Part shown: positions 1-11,956 of the stretch, in pieces | Layout of the letters: every line of letters starts with the position of its first letter | Numbering within the stretch: the first letter of the stretch is position 1 | Notes under the pieces: model-generated | The model's input: the letters and a program-made list of their open reading frames with translations, nothing else | What the model was told of the DNA's origin: nothing | Databases searched by the model: none | From: Octopus bimaculoides | Taxonomy: Eukaryota | Reading direction: 5' to 3' | Assembly (NCBI RefSeq): GCF_001194135.2 | Contig: NC_068981.1 | Coordinates: forward strand, 139,929,074 to 139,964,415 | DNA length: 35,342 bases | Position numbers and translations under genes: made by a program

Positions 1-33
<33 letters not shown>

Positions 34-82
34 ATGTGTGTGTGTGTATGTGTGTGTGTGTGCGTGTGTGTGTGTATGTATG

Positions 83-303
83 TATTTCTATAAATTCGCT
101 TGCGTAAGTGAGGGCTTTATCGAGCAGTTCCTTAGAGATAGAAGTATAGAAATCTACACGATCAAATTGTGTAAATATCGCTTTAATTTTATTCCTAATA
201 GCTTTAAACCAGTCAACGACTTCTGTACTATTAGACCATTGTACTAACCTAATAGCATTTCTGACTTTAGCATTTTTTTTTCCTAAAATTTCTTTATTAC
301 TAT
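83..303 (-). mobile_element. Penelope-like element (PLE) reverse transcriptase fragment
   Basis: The minus strand reads without stops as SNKEILGKKNAKVRNAIRLVQWSNSTEVVDWFKAIRNKIKAIFTQFDRVDFYTSISKELLDKALTYASEFIEI. This matches the PLE RT pattern QW.N...V.WF..I..K...F..FD...FY.SI...LL..AL. It is absent from the ORF track, probably because it has no start codon. Confidence 0.8.
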
Positions 304-374
304 ATAAGGGTGTCTGAAAGTTTTTGAGCCTAACCTAGAATCGGGGCTGCTGTATAGTTGAAACAATTCTTGGC

Positions 375-472
375 GAAGAAGAAGAAGAAGAAGAAGAAGA
401 AGAAGAAGAAGAAGAAGAAGAAGAAGAAGAAGAAGAAGAAGAAGAAGAAGAAGAAGAAGAAGAAGAAGAAGA
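375..472 (+). repeat. (GAA)n microsatellite, about 33 units, inside a short inverted repeat
   Basis: Direct reading. It explains the poly-K, poly-L and poly-F ORFs at 283-587. Confidence 0.98.
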
Positions 473-641
473 CTCTTCTTCTTCTTCGCCAAGTATTCAC
501 AATGACTTCGAACCCACAAGAGTTAACAAGAGAAACAGAGACAGACAGAAACAAGGAAAATGCCCCCAGTATTTGAATACTATACAAATATGTTTTTAGA
601 AAGACTTTTCATTTAAATCTGCCAAAGTTTAATTTTCCCAA

Positions 642-1087
642 NNNNNNNNNNNNNNNNNNNNNNNNNNNNNNNNNNNNNNNNNNNNNNNNNNNNNNNNNNN
701 NNNNNNNNNNNNNNNNNNNNNNNNNNNNNNNNNNNNNNNNNNNNNNNNNNNNNNNNNNNNNNNNNNNNNNNNNNNNNNNNNNNNNNNNNNNNNNNNNNNN
801 NNNNNNNNNNNNNNNNNNNNNNNNNNNNNNNNNNNNNNNNNNNNNNNNNNNNNNNNNNNNNNNNNNNNNNNNNNNNNNNNNNNNNNNNNNNNNNNNNNNN
901 NNNNNNNNNNNNNNNNNNNNNNNNNNNNNNNNNNNNNNNNNNNNNNNNNNNNNNNNNNNNNNNNNNNNNNNNNNNNNNNNNNNNNNNNNNNNNNNNNNNN
1001 NNNNNNNNNNNNNNNNNNNNNNNNNNNNNNNNNNNNNNNNNNNNNNNNNNNNNNNNNNNNNNNNNNNNNNNNNNNNNNNNNNNNNNN
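642..1087. other. Assembly gap. Other N runs: 11732-11888, 13826-13920, 17269-17338, 25056-25065, 28238-28787, 31441-31450, 32375-32594
   Basis: Runs of N. Several abut (TA)n tracts. Confidence 0.99.
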
Positions 1088-1127
<40 letters not shown>

Positions 1128-1857
1128 TATATACATACATACGTGTACATACCTGCATATATATGTATATACACATGCATATATGGGTAAAGGATGACAA
1201 GAAAGCGTGAACAACATGAAAAATGAGAACTTGAAAAACAAAAACATGGAAAACAAACTTTTTTTGAACAATGAAAGAAAAAATTAAAAAACAAGACAGG
1301 CAACATAAACTACAATCTCTACGTAAGTTGTCCCCTGTTTTATCTACACCGCATTTCGAACGTTAGGACAAGATGTATCTTCGTCGAAACATCCGTTCCC
1401 GCAAAGCAAATTAAATTGGGATTTGCGGAGGGTTAATGTGGTAACAAAAACAGGGCACGTAAAACAAGCGGTAAGGGCTGTTAGGCCATAACGAAGTGAA
1501 ATGGTGAACGCTGGAGAAACAAGATTTGACACGAGACAGGCGAAAAAACGTGTTGTCTCTTGTAACGTAAGGAGGAGAAAGAAAGATAGCCGCTTGTCAA
1601 GTGTGAGCATCGAGAGAGTCAAGGATGAAAAGTGAGGAATAGTGACAAACAGGGGGCCAGAGAGGGAACGGTGAAGTGGGAGGAGAAGAATTAGAAAAAA
1701 GGCTGGGTGAGAAAAAAGAAAGAAAGAAGAAGAGATGGAGAATAGAGATAGTGATAAGATTATGATAGAAGTGTTGCATCGGAATTATTAAATATATATA
1801 TATATATACATGACGGGTATTTTTTTGTTTACTTATACTATAATATAGTATAATAAA

Positions 1858-2037
1858 GCGGTGAGCTGGCAGAATCGTTAGCGTTTCGGGGACGTGCTTA
1901 GCTGCATCTCGTTCTTCTTTACGTTCAGAGTTAAAATTATGTTGACTTCGCCTTCCATCTTTTCGGAGTCGATAAAGTAAATACCAGTTGAGCACTGTGA
2001 TCGATGTAATCAACTTGTCTCTCCCCTAAAGTTGTGC
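1858..2037 (+). mobile_element. tRNA-related SINE, family A, diverged copy
   Basis: Head ggtgagctggcagaatcgttagc, then ttccatctttcggagtcgataaagtaaataccag, colinear with the copies at 3817, 5908, 8373 and 26660. Confidence 0.8.
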
Positions 2038-2054
2038 AAATATAACATATTATA

Positions 2055-2190
2055 TTTCTGTCTACCAACTCCATTCACATAGATTTGTTCAACTCGGGGT
2101 ATAAGTAACTTGCCCAAACTGCCACGCAGTGAAACTAAACCGGAAACCTTTGTTTGAAAAACAAACTTCTCATCTCGCAGAAACGCCCTC
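2055..2190 (-). mobile_element. tRNA-related SINE, family B, 5' part, diverged
   Basis: The reverse complement (gggcgtttctgcgagatgagaagtttg...cactgcgtggcagtttgggcaag...ggtagacag) aligns with the family B copy at 20121. Confidence 0.7.
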
Positions 2191-2194
2191 TCCC

Positions 2195-2247
<53 letters not shown>
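2195..2247 (+). repeat. (ATCT)n microsatellite
   Basis: Direct reading. Confidence 0.95.
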
Positions 2248-2248
<1 letters not shown>

Positions 2249-2280
2249 TTGTCTTTCTATTCGTCTATCTATATATTGGA

Positions 2281-2820
2281 CCATGTAATTTTGGTCACAG
2301 CAGGAGTTAAAAAATATGATATGTTGATATGGTGATGCCTGATGCATCCACTGATGACCTACATTAATGATTCACTTTTTGAATGTGCATCTGATGGATC
2401 AGGGTTGACTTGGGAATTAACAACAAGAGCAACTACATCCATAATATCCGTTAATGCCGATAATAATCCAATTACCAATTAATGTCACGTTTCCTTATCA
2501 ACAGCCCCATCACACAAAGCCTATCCATTCTCACCATTGCTAACTAATAATTTGTCCACTAATTCCAACACACAGCCCGAGCAGCAACATCAGCGCATGC
2601 AGCAGGAAGAGTATCAACGCTTGTACGGTCTTGCTATAGCATCAGCAGCAGCAATGTACGGAGTCAGGAATAAAATAACATCAAACGTAATAGAAATAAT
2701 GCTTACTGCTTCTACTACAAATAATAAAATAAGGATATCGTAATTCCTTCTGTTGCTACTCCTGTTTGAAGTCATAAGGAAAGCTCACACTCCTGACATA
2801 CTACTGGTGAAACAAGAGCA
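2281..2820 (+). pseudogene. Decayed coding-like segment of unknown family (Ser/Thr/Asn-rich, then a Gln-rich stretch and a YGLAIASAAAMYG motif)
   Basis: One frame runs about 150 codons (2281-2743) with only two internal stops (TGA 2333, TAA 2480). A shifted frame continues DIVIPSVATPV*SHKESSHS*HTTGETRA. No homology recognised. Confidence 0.3.
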
Positions 2821-2829
2821 TAAAATACG

Positions 2830-2861
<32 letters not shown>
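2830..2861 (+). repeat. (CTA)n microsatellite
   Basis: Direct reading. A similar tract lies at 12254-12322. Confidence 0.95.
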
Positions 2862-2863
<2 letters not shown>

Positions 2864-3688
2864 GAAGAATGAAAGTGTGTCACTGTTGGCAGGTGTTATT
2901 AAACCATCCGGTCTGCTACCTTGTAGGTTAAAGAAATAACCCAATGTTAAACGTGGGGAGGTCTCCGCATTCGTTTGGTGCAAAATCTCGTTTCCCCTTC
3001 AGTTTGTGGCAAGTATTCCAGAGCCCAATATGCGGTTCTTGCTTTCAAACCTAGTCATTTACATGCGTCTATATGAAGCTTTTCATAAGCCTATTTGTGA
3101 CATAAGCCAACATAAAATGCCACAAGAATGGAATAAAAACAAAATCCACTGCATGAAAAATCTATTATTTCTACTCCACACCTCCTCGCACATCTGAATT
3201 TCAGAAACAACGTCTTTCCATTAAATTTTTTTTCTCTATTTCCATTAATTCCATCTGCAGCCTCTAATGCTTCTCAACTCACTCAATCATCAGAACGCTT
3301 TTTGAATACTATACTTTTTGCGTTGATCCAACTTATGCCTTTCTCTCTTAGTGATATTTTGTTGTTTTTTTTAAATTATTTTCTCCTAACGCATAGCAAC
3401 ACATTGCCCATCCTTGTTTATCTTCAACTCTAGCTGAAAATTCATCTCCCTCTATCGGCGATATGTTTTGTTACTTTTGAGTTCCCAAGCTGACTGAAAT
3501 TAGTTGACTCAGGACTTCAGTAATGCCAGCATATAGAGAACAAACGTCATCTTCTCCATATAAATTGGGCTAAATCTCTTTTTGTTGTTTACTCCGTAAG
3601 AACAGTCCTGTTTTTGGAAATGTTGAAATGTCTACATTGTAACCTTCCTCCCTCTCTCCCGCTCCCCTCCTATAGTTGTAATTATATT

Positions 3689-3730
<42 letters not shown>

Positions 3731-3816
3731 ACTCAGTGATATTCTCGTTATTGCTGTTTCCTCCTAGCACACAGTAACACACTTACCCATTCAGGAGGGT
3801 TTCAATATATATAACA

Positions 3817-4006
3817 CGTTAGCACGCCGGGCGAAATGCTTAGCGTATTTCTTCTGTCTACGTTCTGAGTTCAAATTCCGCCAAGGTCGACTTTCATCAT
3901 TTCATCCTTTCGGGGTCGATAAATTAAGTACCGTTTGCGTACTGGAGTCGATATAATCGACTGACCCCCTCCCGCAAAATTGCAGGCCTTGTACTTAGTG
4001 TAGAAA
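3817..4006 (+). mobile_element. tRNA-related SINE, family A
   Basis: cgttagcacgccgggcgaaatgcttagc...gagttcaaattcc (B-box-like)...tttcatcctttcggggtcgataaattaagtacc. The last motif resembles a conserved Deu/Nin-type SINE central domain (from recall). Confidence 0.85.
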
Positions 4007-4974
4007 ACAATATATATAACACGCTTTGACTTACACACTCCGCCCACACCAAATACTGGTATTACATAGATCGAAAGTTTTGCTACACTCACTTAGCTAT
4101 GTTTGTTAGTAGACTCGTCGCTGTGTATCCTTACACACATACATAATACTCTTAGTCTCTTCCAAAGATATATCCCGATTCAGCTGAATATCCCGATTCA
4201 GCTCACTTATTCACTGATACTTCAGCTAATTGGATAGAACATCGCTCTTCTATACTGACTATACCTGGAAGAAAATGAGCTTTACATACATAAGGTCATC
4301 AATTTATTTCTAAGCATAATTCTTGAGATATAATCAGAGTTCATAACTGTAAACCACCAACTAATTTACCTACATCTGAACTACAACAGGCTATGAACTT
4401 TGAGGTATCTAGGGGATAGTGAAGACCCTTTACTATGTATTTCTATTTATTTACTAGCAAAAGACTTATAAGATTAATATGTGGTTATGATAGAATGATA
4501 TGGTGCACCGCACATTCACTAAGCTGTGCTGCTATTTTAAAATTGCAATAGATCTATCATATTCCTTATTAGGTTTTCTAGCAATTTTATAGAACGCTCT
4601 GGAATACGACAGTAAGAAGTTAGGCTAGGAATCAGCATCGCCGCACATGATCTGATGCAGTACAATTTTAGTTCAACTGTAACAGATTTAATAACTGAGA
4701 ATGTGTAATAATTCAAAAGGTAGTCGGTGATATATTAGTGTATAGGAATGAAAGAAACGGAAAAATCGAACTCAACTATTCCCTATAATAAAAAAAAGAA
4801 TGCATTGGTGTGTTGCCTACAAGTTGCCCATCCACTTAAACAACCACACCCATATGGTGTAAAACAGGATATGGAAAGTAATATAGATAAGACAGATTTA
4901 TACATATGTGTATACGTATATTAGAACATGGAATACAAACTTTTGAAAGAAAACATGAGAAAGAATCCTTCAGA

Positions 4975-5232
4975 GAAAGGGAGAAAGAGAGAAAGAGAGA
5001 GAGAGAATAGGAGAGCTAGAGGTATACAGAAAGATAGTGACTGAAAAGGAGAGAGTATTATACGTCGATAGGGAGAAAGAAAAGGGGAAAGCAAGTAAAA
5101 GAAGGCGTAAGCACGATAGTGATAGTGAGTAGAGAGAGATAGGGGCAGAGAGAGAATAAGGAAAGAAAGAGAGAGAGAAAGAGATAGAGAGAAAGAGAAA
5201 GAGAAAGAGAAAGAGAGGGAGAGAGAGAGAGA
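4975..5232 (+). repeat. Degenerate GA-rich polypurine tract
   Basis: Direct reading. Confidence 0.85.
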
Positions 5233-5789
5233 ATGAAAGTTACAGAATAGAGAAACAGAGGTGAATAATCAATATGCAGAACATGTAGAATCCTTACTGA
5301 TCAATTTTCCTGTTGGTAAGAGATGAAAACCAATAAAGCCTCAAGGAACCCAACCGTTCAAATTTAGATGATTTTAATGAGATTACTGAAAGCGGAAACT
5401 TTATATCTTGCTCCTTTGCTAAACCATGTGATATCAAATAACACCCGAAAGCTGCAACAGAGTTTGTTTGGAGGTAGCGTTATAGATATTACATGCTATA
5501 CACTTGATGGACGATACGTATCCAGATCACAATCCCCACGTATTGTATACACTATTAGGCATCATGTTAAAACTTTGTGGCTGGACGTGAGCATACTAAT
5601 AGGAACTGTGCAACTGTTTACCCTGTTTCGCTTTAGTTTTCAAAGTCGTCCCATCTCACAACAACACGATCTAAAACGTACGTTCAATGAGGTCATTAAA
5701 CGCTTACATGTGAGGAGTCCAGCTGTGATATTTGTGATACAAGAAGTTTCTTTCCGACTCAGTTCACATTTTCTTATGCATCAATATAA

Positions 5790-5837
5790 TAATGATGATG
5801 ATGAAAAGGAGGAGGATGACGATGATTATGAAGATGT

Positions 5838-5886
<49 letters not shown>

Positions 5887-5895
5887 AATGATGAT
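5790..5895 (+). repeat. (GAT)n microsatellite
   Basis: Direct reading. It gives the poly-D and poly-M ORF segments. Confidence 0.95.
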
Positions 5896-5907
5896 ATTTT
5901 CCATTGT

Positions 5908-6021
5908 AGGCACAAGGCCCGAAATTGTGGAAGAGAGGGATATATTCGATTACATCTACCTCACTTGTTTATCCTCGAAAGGATGAAATGCAAAAGTCGA
6001 TCACGGCGGAATATGAACTCA
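5908..6021 (-). mobile_element. SINE family A fragment
   Basis: Contains ttatcctcgaaaggatgaaatgcaaaagtcgatcacggcggaatatgaactc, the reverse complement of the family A core. Confidence 0.7.
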
Positions 6022-6541
6022 TATGATATGAATTTTGCTTTGGTGAAGTGATTTATTTTTCACGGGAATTGGACGCCACCTCTAATTTCTTTTAGCTTCT
6101 TTTTGTTTAATTCTTTTGGAAATTTTTGACAAAGTGTGATATTTTCGCCTAAGCATCTGATTCTCATCATTGTTAGTGAGTGGGATGAAGATGTTGTGAG
6201 GGACGGTTCGTGGTTGTTACTGGGAAGCAACTTTTGTATCTCATGGTTCGCTCTTGATAATGGAGGCTGGGCAGTTTGCTTTGCCTGCTGAAGAGATGTG
6301 ATTAATGTTGCCGAATGACTAACAACCCACTTCGTTTCTTGTTACATTTGTTTGTTCTGTTGACCACCCGCTACAGGATAGTTCTGTTATAATCTTTAGA
6401 TTTTGCATGGTCATGAATACTTGTATGACGATGGTGATCTCACCTGGCCACATACTGCTTAATGTTACACTTGCGCTTAACTCTTCCTGTGAAGGTGATG
6501 AATAATTGACACCGACAGCACTTCTAATAGTGATGTTTGTA

Positions 6542-7743
6542 TTAGGTTGTTTCACATGAAATGTCGCATTGTAAATTACTTGTTATTCCAGAAATTTAAA
6601 AACTCTATGTATACCTTGAATTTATTCTTGGCTCTTTTTCTTAACCAACAATATTGGTATACAAAATTCGTACCCACAAATCTTATGAAAATGATAACAA
6701 CCAAACTATTTTGAGAGATTTTCTCGTATGAGTACAAACTGGGCCACTCTGCCGCAGAAGCTCTACGGAATATCAAGCGGGCCTTTGGTAATGGTTTTGT
6801 TGACATTCGAACTGTTCAGAGATGGTTCCAAGGCTCTCGTCCAGGAGATGATAGCCTTGAAATAAACCAAGGGGTAGGCGAAAATCAGTTATTCGGCATG
6901 ATGTATTAAATGCTTTGGTTGAACTAAATCCGAGAGCAGAAGTTCAAAAGCTTTCATCAGAACTCCAGACATCTCGCACAACTGTTTTTGGACACCTGTA
7001 AAAAATTGGAAAAGTCAAGAAAACGGATGGGTTTGTTTCACAACAACTGAACGAGGGTAAAAAAAAAGAAAGAAAAAGACACGCCTCGAAGTTTGCTCCT
7101 TATTGCTTTCTCGACTGGAAAAATACCATTTTTGCATCGTATCATTACTTGATGAGAAATGGATGCTCTTTGGCAACAACAGGAGGACAGAACAGTGATT
7201 AGATGCAGGAAATCCACCTATACACTACCCAAACCCACCATTCCACTCTAAAATGTTAGTGGTCACTGTATGGTGGTCTGCGAAGGGAGTTATTCATTAT
7301 TCATTTTTGCGTCAAGGAAAAATGGTTACAGCAAATTGTAACAGGAAATTGATTGTATGCATGAGAATTTGAAAAAGAAGCAACCCAGACTAGTGAATAG
7401 AGATGGCCCAATTTTGCTCCACGACAATGCACGTCGTCACACTTCTCAAGCTAAGGCCCAAAAGTTGCAACATCCTTCCTATTCCCCTGATATCTCTCCA
7501 ACTTATCGTCACTTATCTAAGCATTTTGAGCTTTTCATAAGCAATAAAACATTCTTCAATAGAGAAAAGGTAATTGAAGCAAAAGATGGATGTTTTTGAA
7601 GATAGAATATATGACATAGAGTAAGGTTGGGTAAACGTCATAAATGAATATAGATCATACTTTTATTAAATAAATCAGTTCTCTAACACTTCTGAAACAT
7701 TTTATTGTTACCTTTCAAATACATTTCATGTAAAACAACCTAA
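6542..7743 (+). mobile_element. Mariner (Tc1/mariner, DD34D-type) DNA transposon, 1202 bp, transposase inactivated
   Basis: 23-bp TIRs at 6542-6564 and 7721-7743 (22/23 match), each flanked by TA (6540-41, 7744-45). The transposase is broken by stops and frameshifts but keeps YEYKLGHSAAEA, RTVQRWF, DEKW, VTVWWSAKGVIHY, LLHDNARRH and HPSYSPDISP. Confidence 0.95.
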
Positions 7744-8372
7744 TATTTATTTTTCCAAATAATGTGGAATTAGCTTATGAACAGGTGTCTCTTTCCTTTT
7801 CCGACTGGAAGTTTTGACTGTTCTCGGTTTTAAGAATGCGACATGTGATGTCATATGCCGTTCCTTCTACTATGAACACAGTGCCATCTCTATTTCGGAT
7901 TTCGGTGGGTTCTTGTTTCCCTTTCAGAGGCCTCTGTAATTACTTGTGGAAGATAGGTTCTAGTTTAGGGTACAAAATATATCCAGGTATTTGATCTCAC
8001 AAGAAAATGTTCCATATGGACAATTTTAAAGAGTTAACAAAACCTTAACGGAAATTTTATATTTCATTGTGCGTATTTACTCACAAAACCATACGTGTGT
8101 GCATGCTTAGTATTATTGATGTTGTGTCGACAAGATTTTACTCTTTTGAGTTAAAAGTCAGTGTATACTTTCTCTCTTCATGCATTAACCTTTCGTTTTT
8201 TGCTTGCTCCTTCTTTGTCGTGAAATGTATATTTTGTGTATTTATTTGGAGTGAGGCGTGTGACATAAACTGTTCATTGCCATTATATTCTTCTGATAGG
8301 AAAGTGAGGAAAGAATATAATTATGTCTGACAATAAAACACAAACCTTATATTATTTTTGTTGGGCTTCAAA

Positions 8373-8520
8373 TTTTGGCACAAGGACAGCAATTCAGTGG
8401 GAAGGGGAAGTCGATTACATCAGCCCCAGTGTACAACTGGTATTTATTTAATCGACCTCGAAAGGATGAAGGACAATTTTAACTCAGAACGTGAAGACGG
8501 ACGAAATAACGCTAGGTCGC
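8373..8520 (-). mobile_element. SINE family A, partial
   Basis: gtcgattacatcagccccagtgtacaactggtatttatttaatcgacctcgaaaggatgaa is the reverse complement of the family A core and 3' region. Confidence 0.8.
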
Positions 8521-8814
8521 GGTTTCAAACGACGAAAATATTTTGACAAATTAAATTCAAATGTTGAATTGAATCTAAGGTTTGTGTGTATTTCTAAATG
8601 GCTTATAAACACCTCCCACGCTGCTACCGGTTTTATTTCATCACATGATCTCAGATCAGGCCACTTGCTATGCAGGTACATCTCCGTAAAATAAAAAAAA
8701 TAATAATTCTAAAATCTAATTTACAGGTACAGTACAAGGCTAAGAAATAGAGTTAAACATCAAAGACTACATGGATACATACGTGCCTCTGTGTATTGTG
8801 TATGTATACGTACA

Positions 8815-8817
<3 letters not shown>

Positions 8818-8883
<66 letters not shown>
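8818..8883. repeat. (TA)n microsatellite, representative of many (e.g. 9969-10009, 28170-28237, 30993-31042, 33721-33758)
   Basis: Direct reading. Confidence 0.98.
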
Positions 8884-8886
<3 letters not shown>

Positions 8887-9964
8887 AATATGTATATATG
8901 TATATACAATTATACCTTCTCACCACTGTCCTGCGAGTATGACGACGGGCGGAAATAATTTTATTGATATAAATGAAGAACGTTTTTAATCGATTTCTTA
9001 TCTATCTATCTATCTATCTATTTCTGTATGTACATATGTCTCTATGTACATGTATGTGTGTGCGTGTTCACAAAAGTGCAAATATGTAAGGAAATTTCAA
9101 ACGTGTACCTCATATCAAAATTATAACAGAAATAATGATGAATCGATTTTATACAAATGCATATTTGTAGATCACTTATTGTTTGCCATATACATTTAAC
9201 CGGACGATGAATAATCAGGCTATGGAAACTGCAGCTATTCTCATTTGTATATCGACATTAATATCATACTTTTGAAAACAAACTTAATGCAATATCATTA
9301 ATTAGATTGATTTATTATTTGACTGTTGTTTAGCCATAAGCCCGTCTTGAATAAATAAGACGTACAACTAAACAACATTCCAAAATTGACCAACACACGT
9401 GATTTTAGAAAGACCGTATCTCAGTTCCCATTCTGAAATGTGTCTTTCATATTTAAGTTTCTTTGAGAAGGTATTTTAAAGAGATTAGGCTACTTTTTCC
9501 AGTAATCAATCAACGGCGTGAAGGCTTCATCAATTACTCGACACTCTTACAATATCTATATACCGAAAAATATCATGATTTCAAAGAAACGTACAGTTGT
9601 ATTTTGAAAATACATGTTTGGGAGAAATAAAATTCTAATCTATTGGGATTGTTACGTTATAGAATATTATAAAAAAATATCTTTAATATCAAATGAAAAA
9701 TAAAAACAAAATTAGCAATGGATTAATGTGATACCCGAACACAATTATGTAGAGATACATATTGTATCAGTTTAGATCTTAACCGTATATTTTATCGGAT
9801 TCACGATTATGGGTTAAAATTTTGAAACTCGGACTTCTAACTGTGAGGTCTTTATTTTTTAGTGGCCTGGCCATATTACTTTGAACTAGTTACCTTCAAG
9901 AGTTACATATTTATCGTAAATATATGCGGACATATCTACATATAAATATATACACTCAGGCACA

Positions 9965-10014
<50 letters not shown>

Positions 10015-11389
10015 GGTGCAAAACTTTGGCCGTAGTCCAATGACTGAAACCAGTAACAAAACAAGCAACTAACCATGTAAACTATTAAATCTATAAGTGC
10101 AATGAATCTGGAAAGTGTGAAGATGAAGTAGAAAAAAGTGGTTTTAACAGAGAATTAATTAATACAAATTAGTGTCTAGAATCTAAGGTGTTGAGAATCT
10201 GTCCTTAATTGGTATGTTGAGAGAAAGAACGAAGATTGTGTTGTCTGTTTAGATCTATTTTTCCTGCTCACACAGGTCGAGGCCAGAAACGTTATATTTT
10301 CGTCTTCTTCCAGTAATTAAAATGCTCAAAATGTTGAACAATTGTCATATCTATATTTTGAGTTGTTATGATTTTAATCAATTAACAAAAGTGTATTTCA
10401 TTTAATTTTAAGTGGTCAATATGTATATTTTCTTCTTTACCATCCCAGTTACTTGCTGCACCCAAATATCTAAATGTATGTAGCTTCTATTATTATAATA
10501 CTGAGGTCAGTAGACGTCACACTCGCGGTAATGAAGTGGGAAATTGATTAAATATTAAAATATGTCTAGCATTACTTCTCTCTCATCCCTGACGATCACA
10601 CAAGTAATTTTGATACAAAATATATTATTAATTGATTGCTATCGACTAAACTGCATTATTGTCCATTATTCTGCTGTATGGTAATCGCACGGAACCTAAT
10701 GGGAAATGTTCTACACATATCTTGATCAACAAATACAATTATTAATTTTATCAACGGGAAAAACAGATTTCCCTAGTGAAAACCTCAACTTCAAATTTCA
10801 ATTGTAAATCAAGATTAGCCCTAGAGAAATATAGAAATAATAAATATAGTTGATTTAATCGAAAAGATAACTTTCAGAATGTTTGAAGTTTGTAAAGAAC
10901 AATCTGCTAAAAAATTAACTACGGGAAATTTGCATTATAAGAGACATAGTGTTGCTAGTAAAACAGGAATTACACAAAGCTAACAACGTTGGATATTGTC
11001 TATGCATTATGAAACTGACGAAACGAAACGACAAAAGCATCTTCTGCAGTGTTTCCTTTCTTTACCAGAACACCACTGGGCCAAATTGCTTATATAACAA
11101 TTTCGTTATAACCTGGAAAGTAGCAAGCGGGCAAGCAACCAAGATTAGAGGCTGGGATAATTCTGAGGGAAAACAGAAATAGGTGTTTATGATTCATGAA
11201 ATTAATTCTGCAAACCCGAGACATGCACTGAAAGCTTGCAAAATTGTATCCAATTGCAAGATGGTAAAATTTAGAGTCGGATTATGTCTACCCCGAAAGA
11301 ACCGATACAATGTAATCGATGAGATCCTACATAAAGCCTTTCCTCACAAAGCCTGGATCAATCTGCAACTAAGGTTTAACTGAATTCTC

Positions 11390-11452
11390 CAGATCGAACC
11401 TCGGTCTCTATGCTTGGGAACTGAATTCCTTAAGCACATAACTATGTTTTTG
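11390..11452 (-). mobile_element. Highly diverged SINE head, tRNA-like
   Basis: The reverse complement gttatgtgcttaaggaattcagttcccaagcatagagaccgaggttcgatc resembles the family B head with a B-box-like GGTTCGA. Confidence 0.4.
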
Positions 11453-11888
11453 CCAGTGTATCCGCATTATATTTTGTTTCCCTTTTACATTACAAGTGTT
11501 CCTCAATGTCTAGTAATACTACTTTTCAATGTAAATGTCATGTTTTATACATGTTGTATTTTCAATAACATTCGAAATTTATTTACTATTCTGACCATTG
11601 ATCCTACTTCCGATGATGACAATCTAGTCATCGGTATCTGCATAGCTTTGTGTTTGGGGTTTGTATTATAATTTCAACTGTATGTGCTATTCTTATGTCC
11701 AAGACCAGAACACCCCTAAGAATACAGAACCNNNNNNNNNNNNNNNNNNNNNNNNNNNNNNNNNNNNNNNNNNNNNNNNNNNNNNNNNNNNNNNNNNNNN
11801 NNNNNNNNNNNNNNNNNNNNNNNNNNNNNNNNNNNNNNNNNNNNNNNNNNNNNNNNNNNNNNNNNNNNNNNNNNNNNNNNNNNNNNNN

Positions 11889-11921
<33 letters not shown>

Positions 11922-11925
11922 TGTA

Positions 11926-11956
<31 letters not shown>

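Noticed and set aside
1344-1622. 92-aa minus-strand ORF with a hydrophobic N-terminus and Cys residues
   Set aside because: Non-ATG start, no recognisable family and no supporting exon structure. It may be UTR-like or chance.
3230-3560. Minus-strand coiled-coil-like peptide (RLQMELMEIEKKNLMERR), suggestive of a Myb/SANT-associated TE protein
   Set aside because: Too many stops and no diagnostic motif.
10262-10300. gaaacgtt motif reminiscent of a PLE or hammerhead end
   Set aside because: No CUGANGA box and no convincing stem II.
11608-11635. Third hammerhead candidate (ccgatga-tgac-aatcta-gtca)
   Set aside because: It has a stem II-like hairpin but no GAAA box or cleavage triplet.
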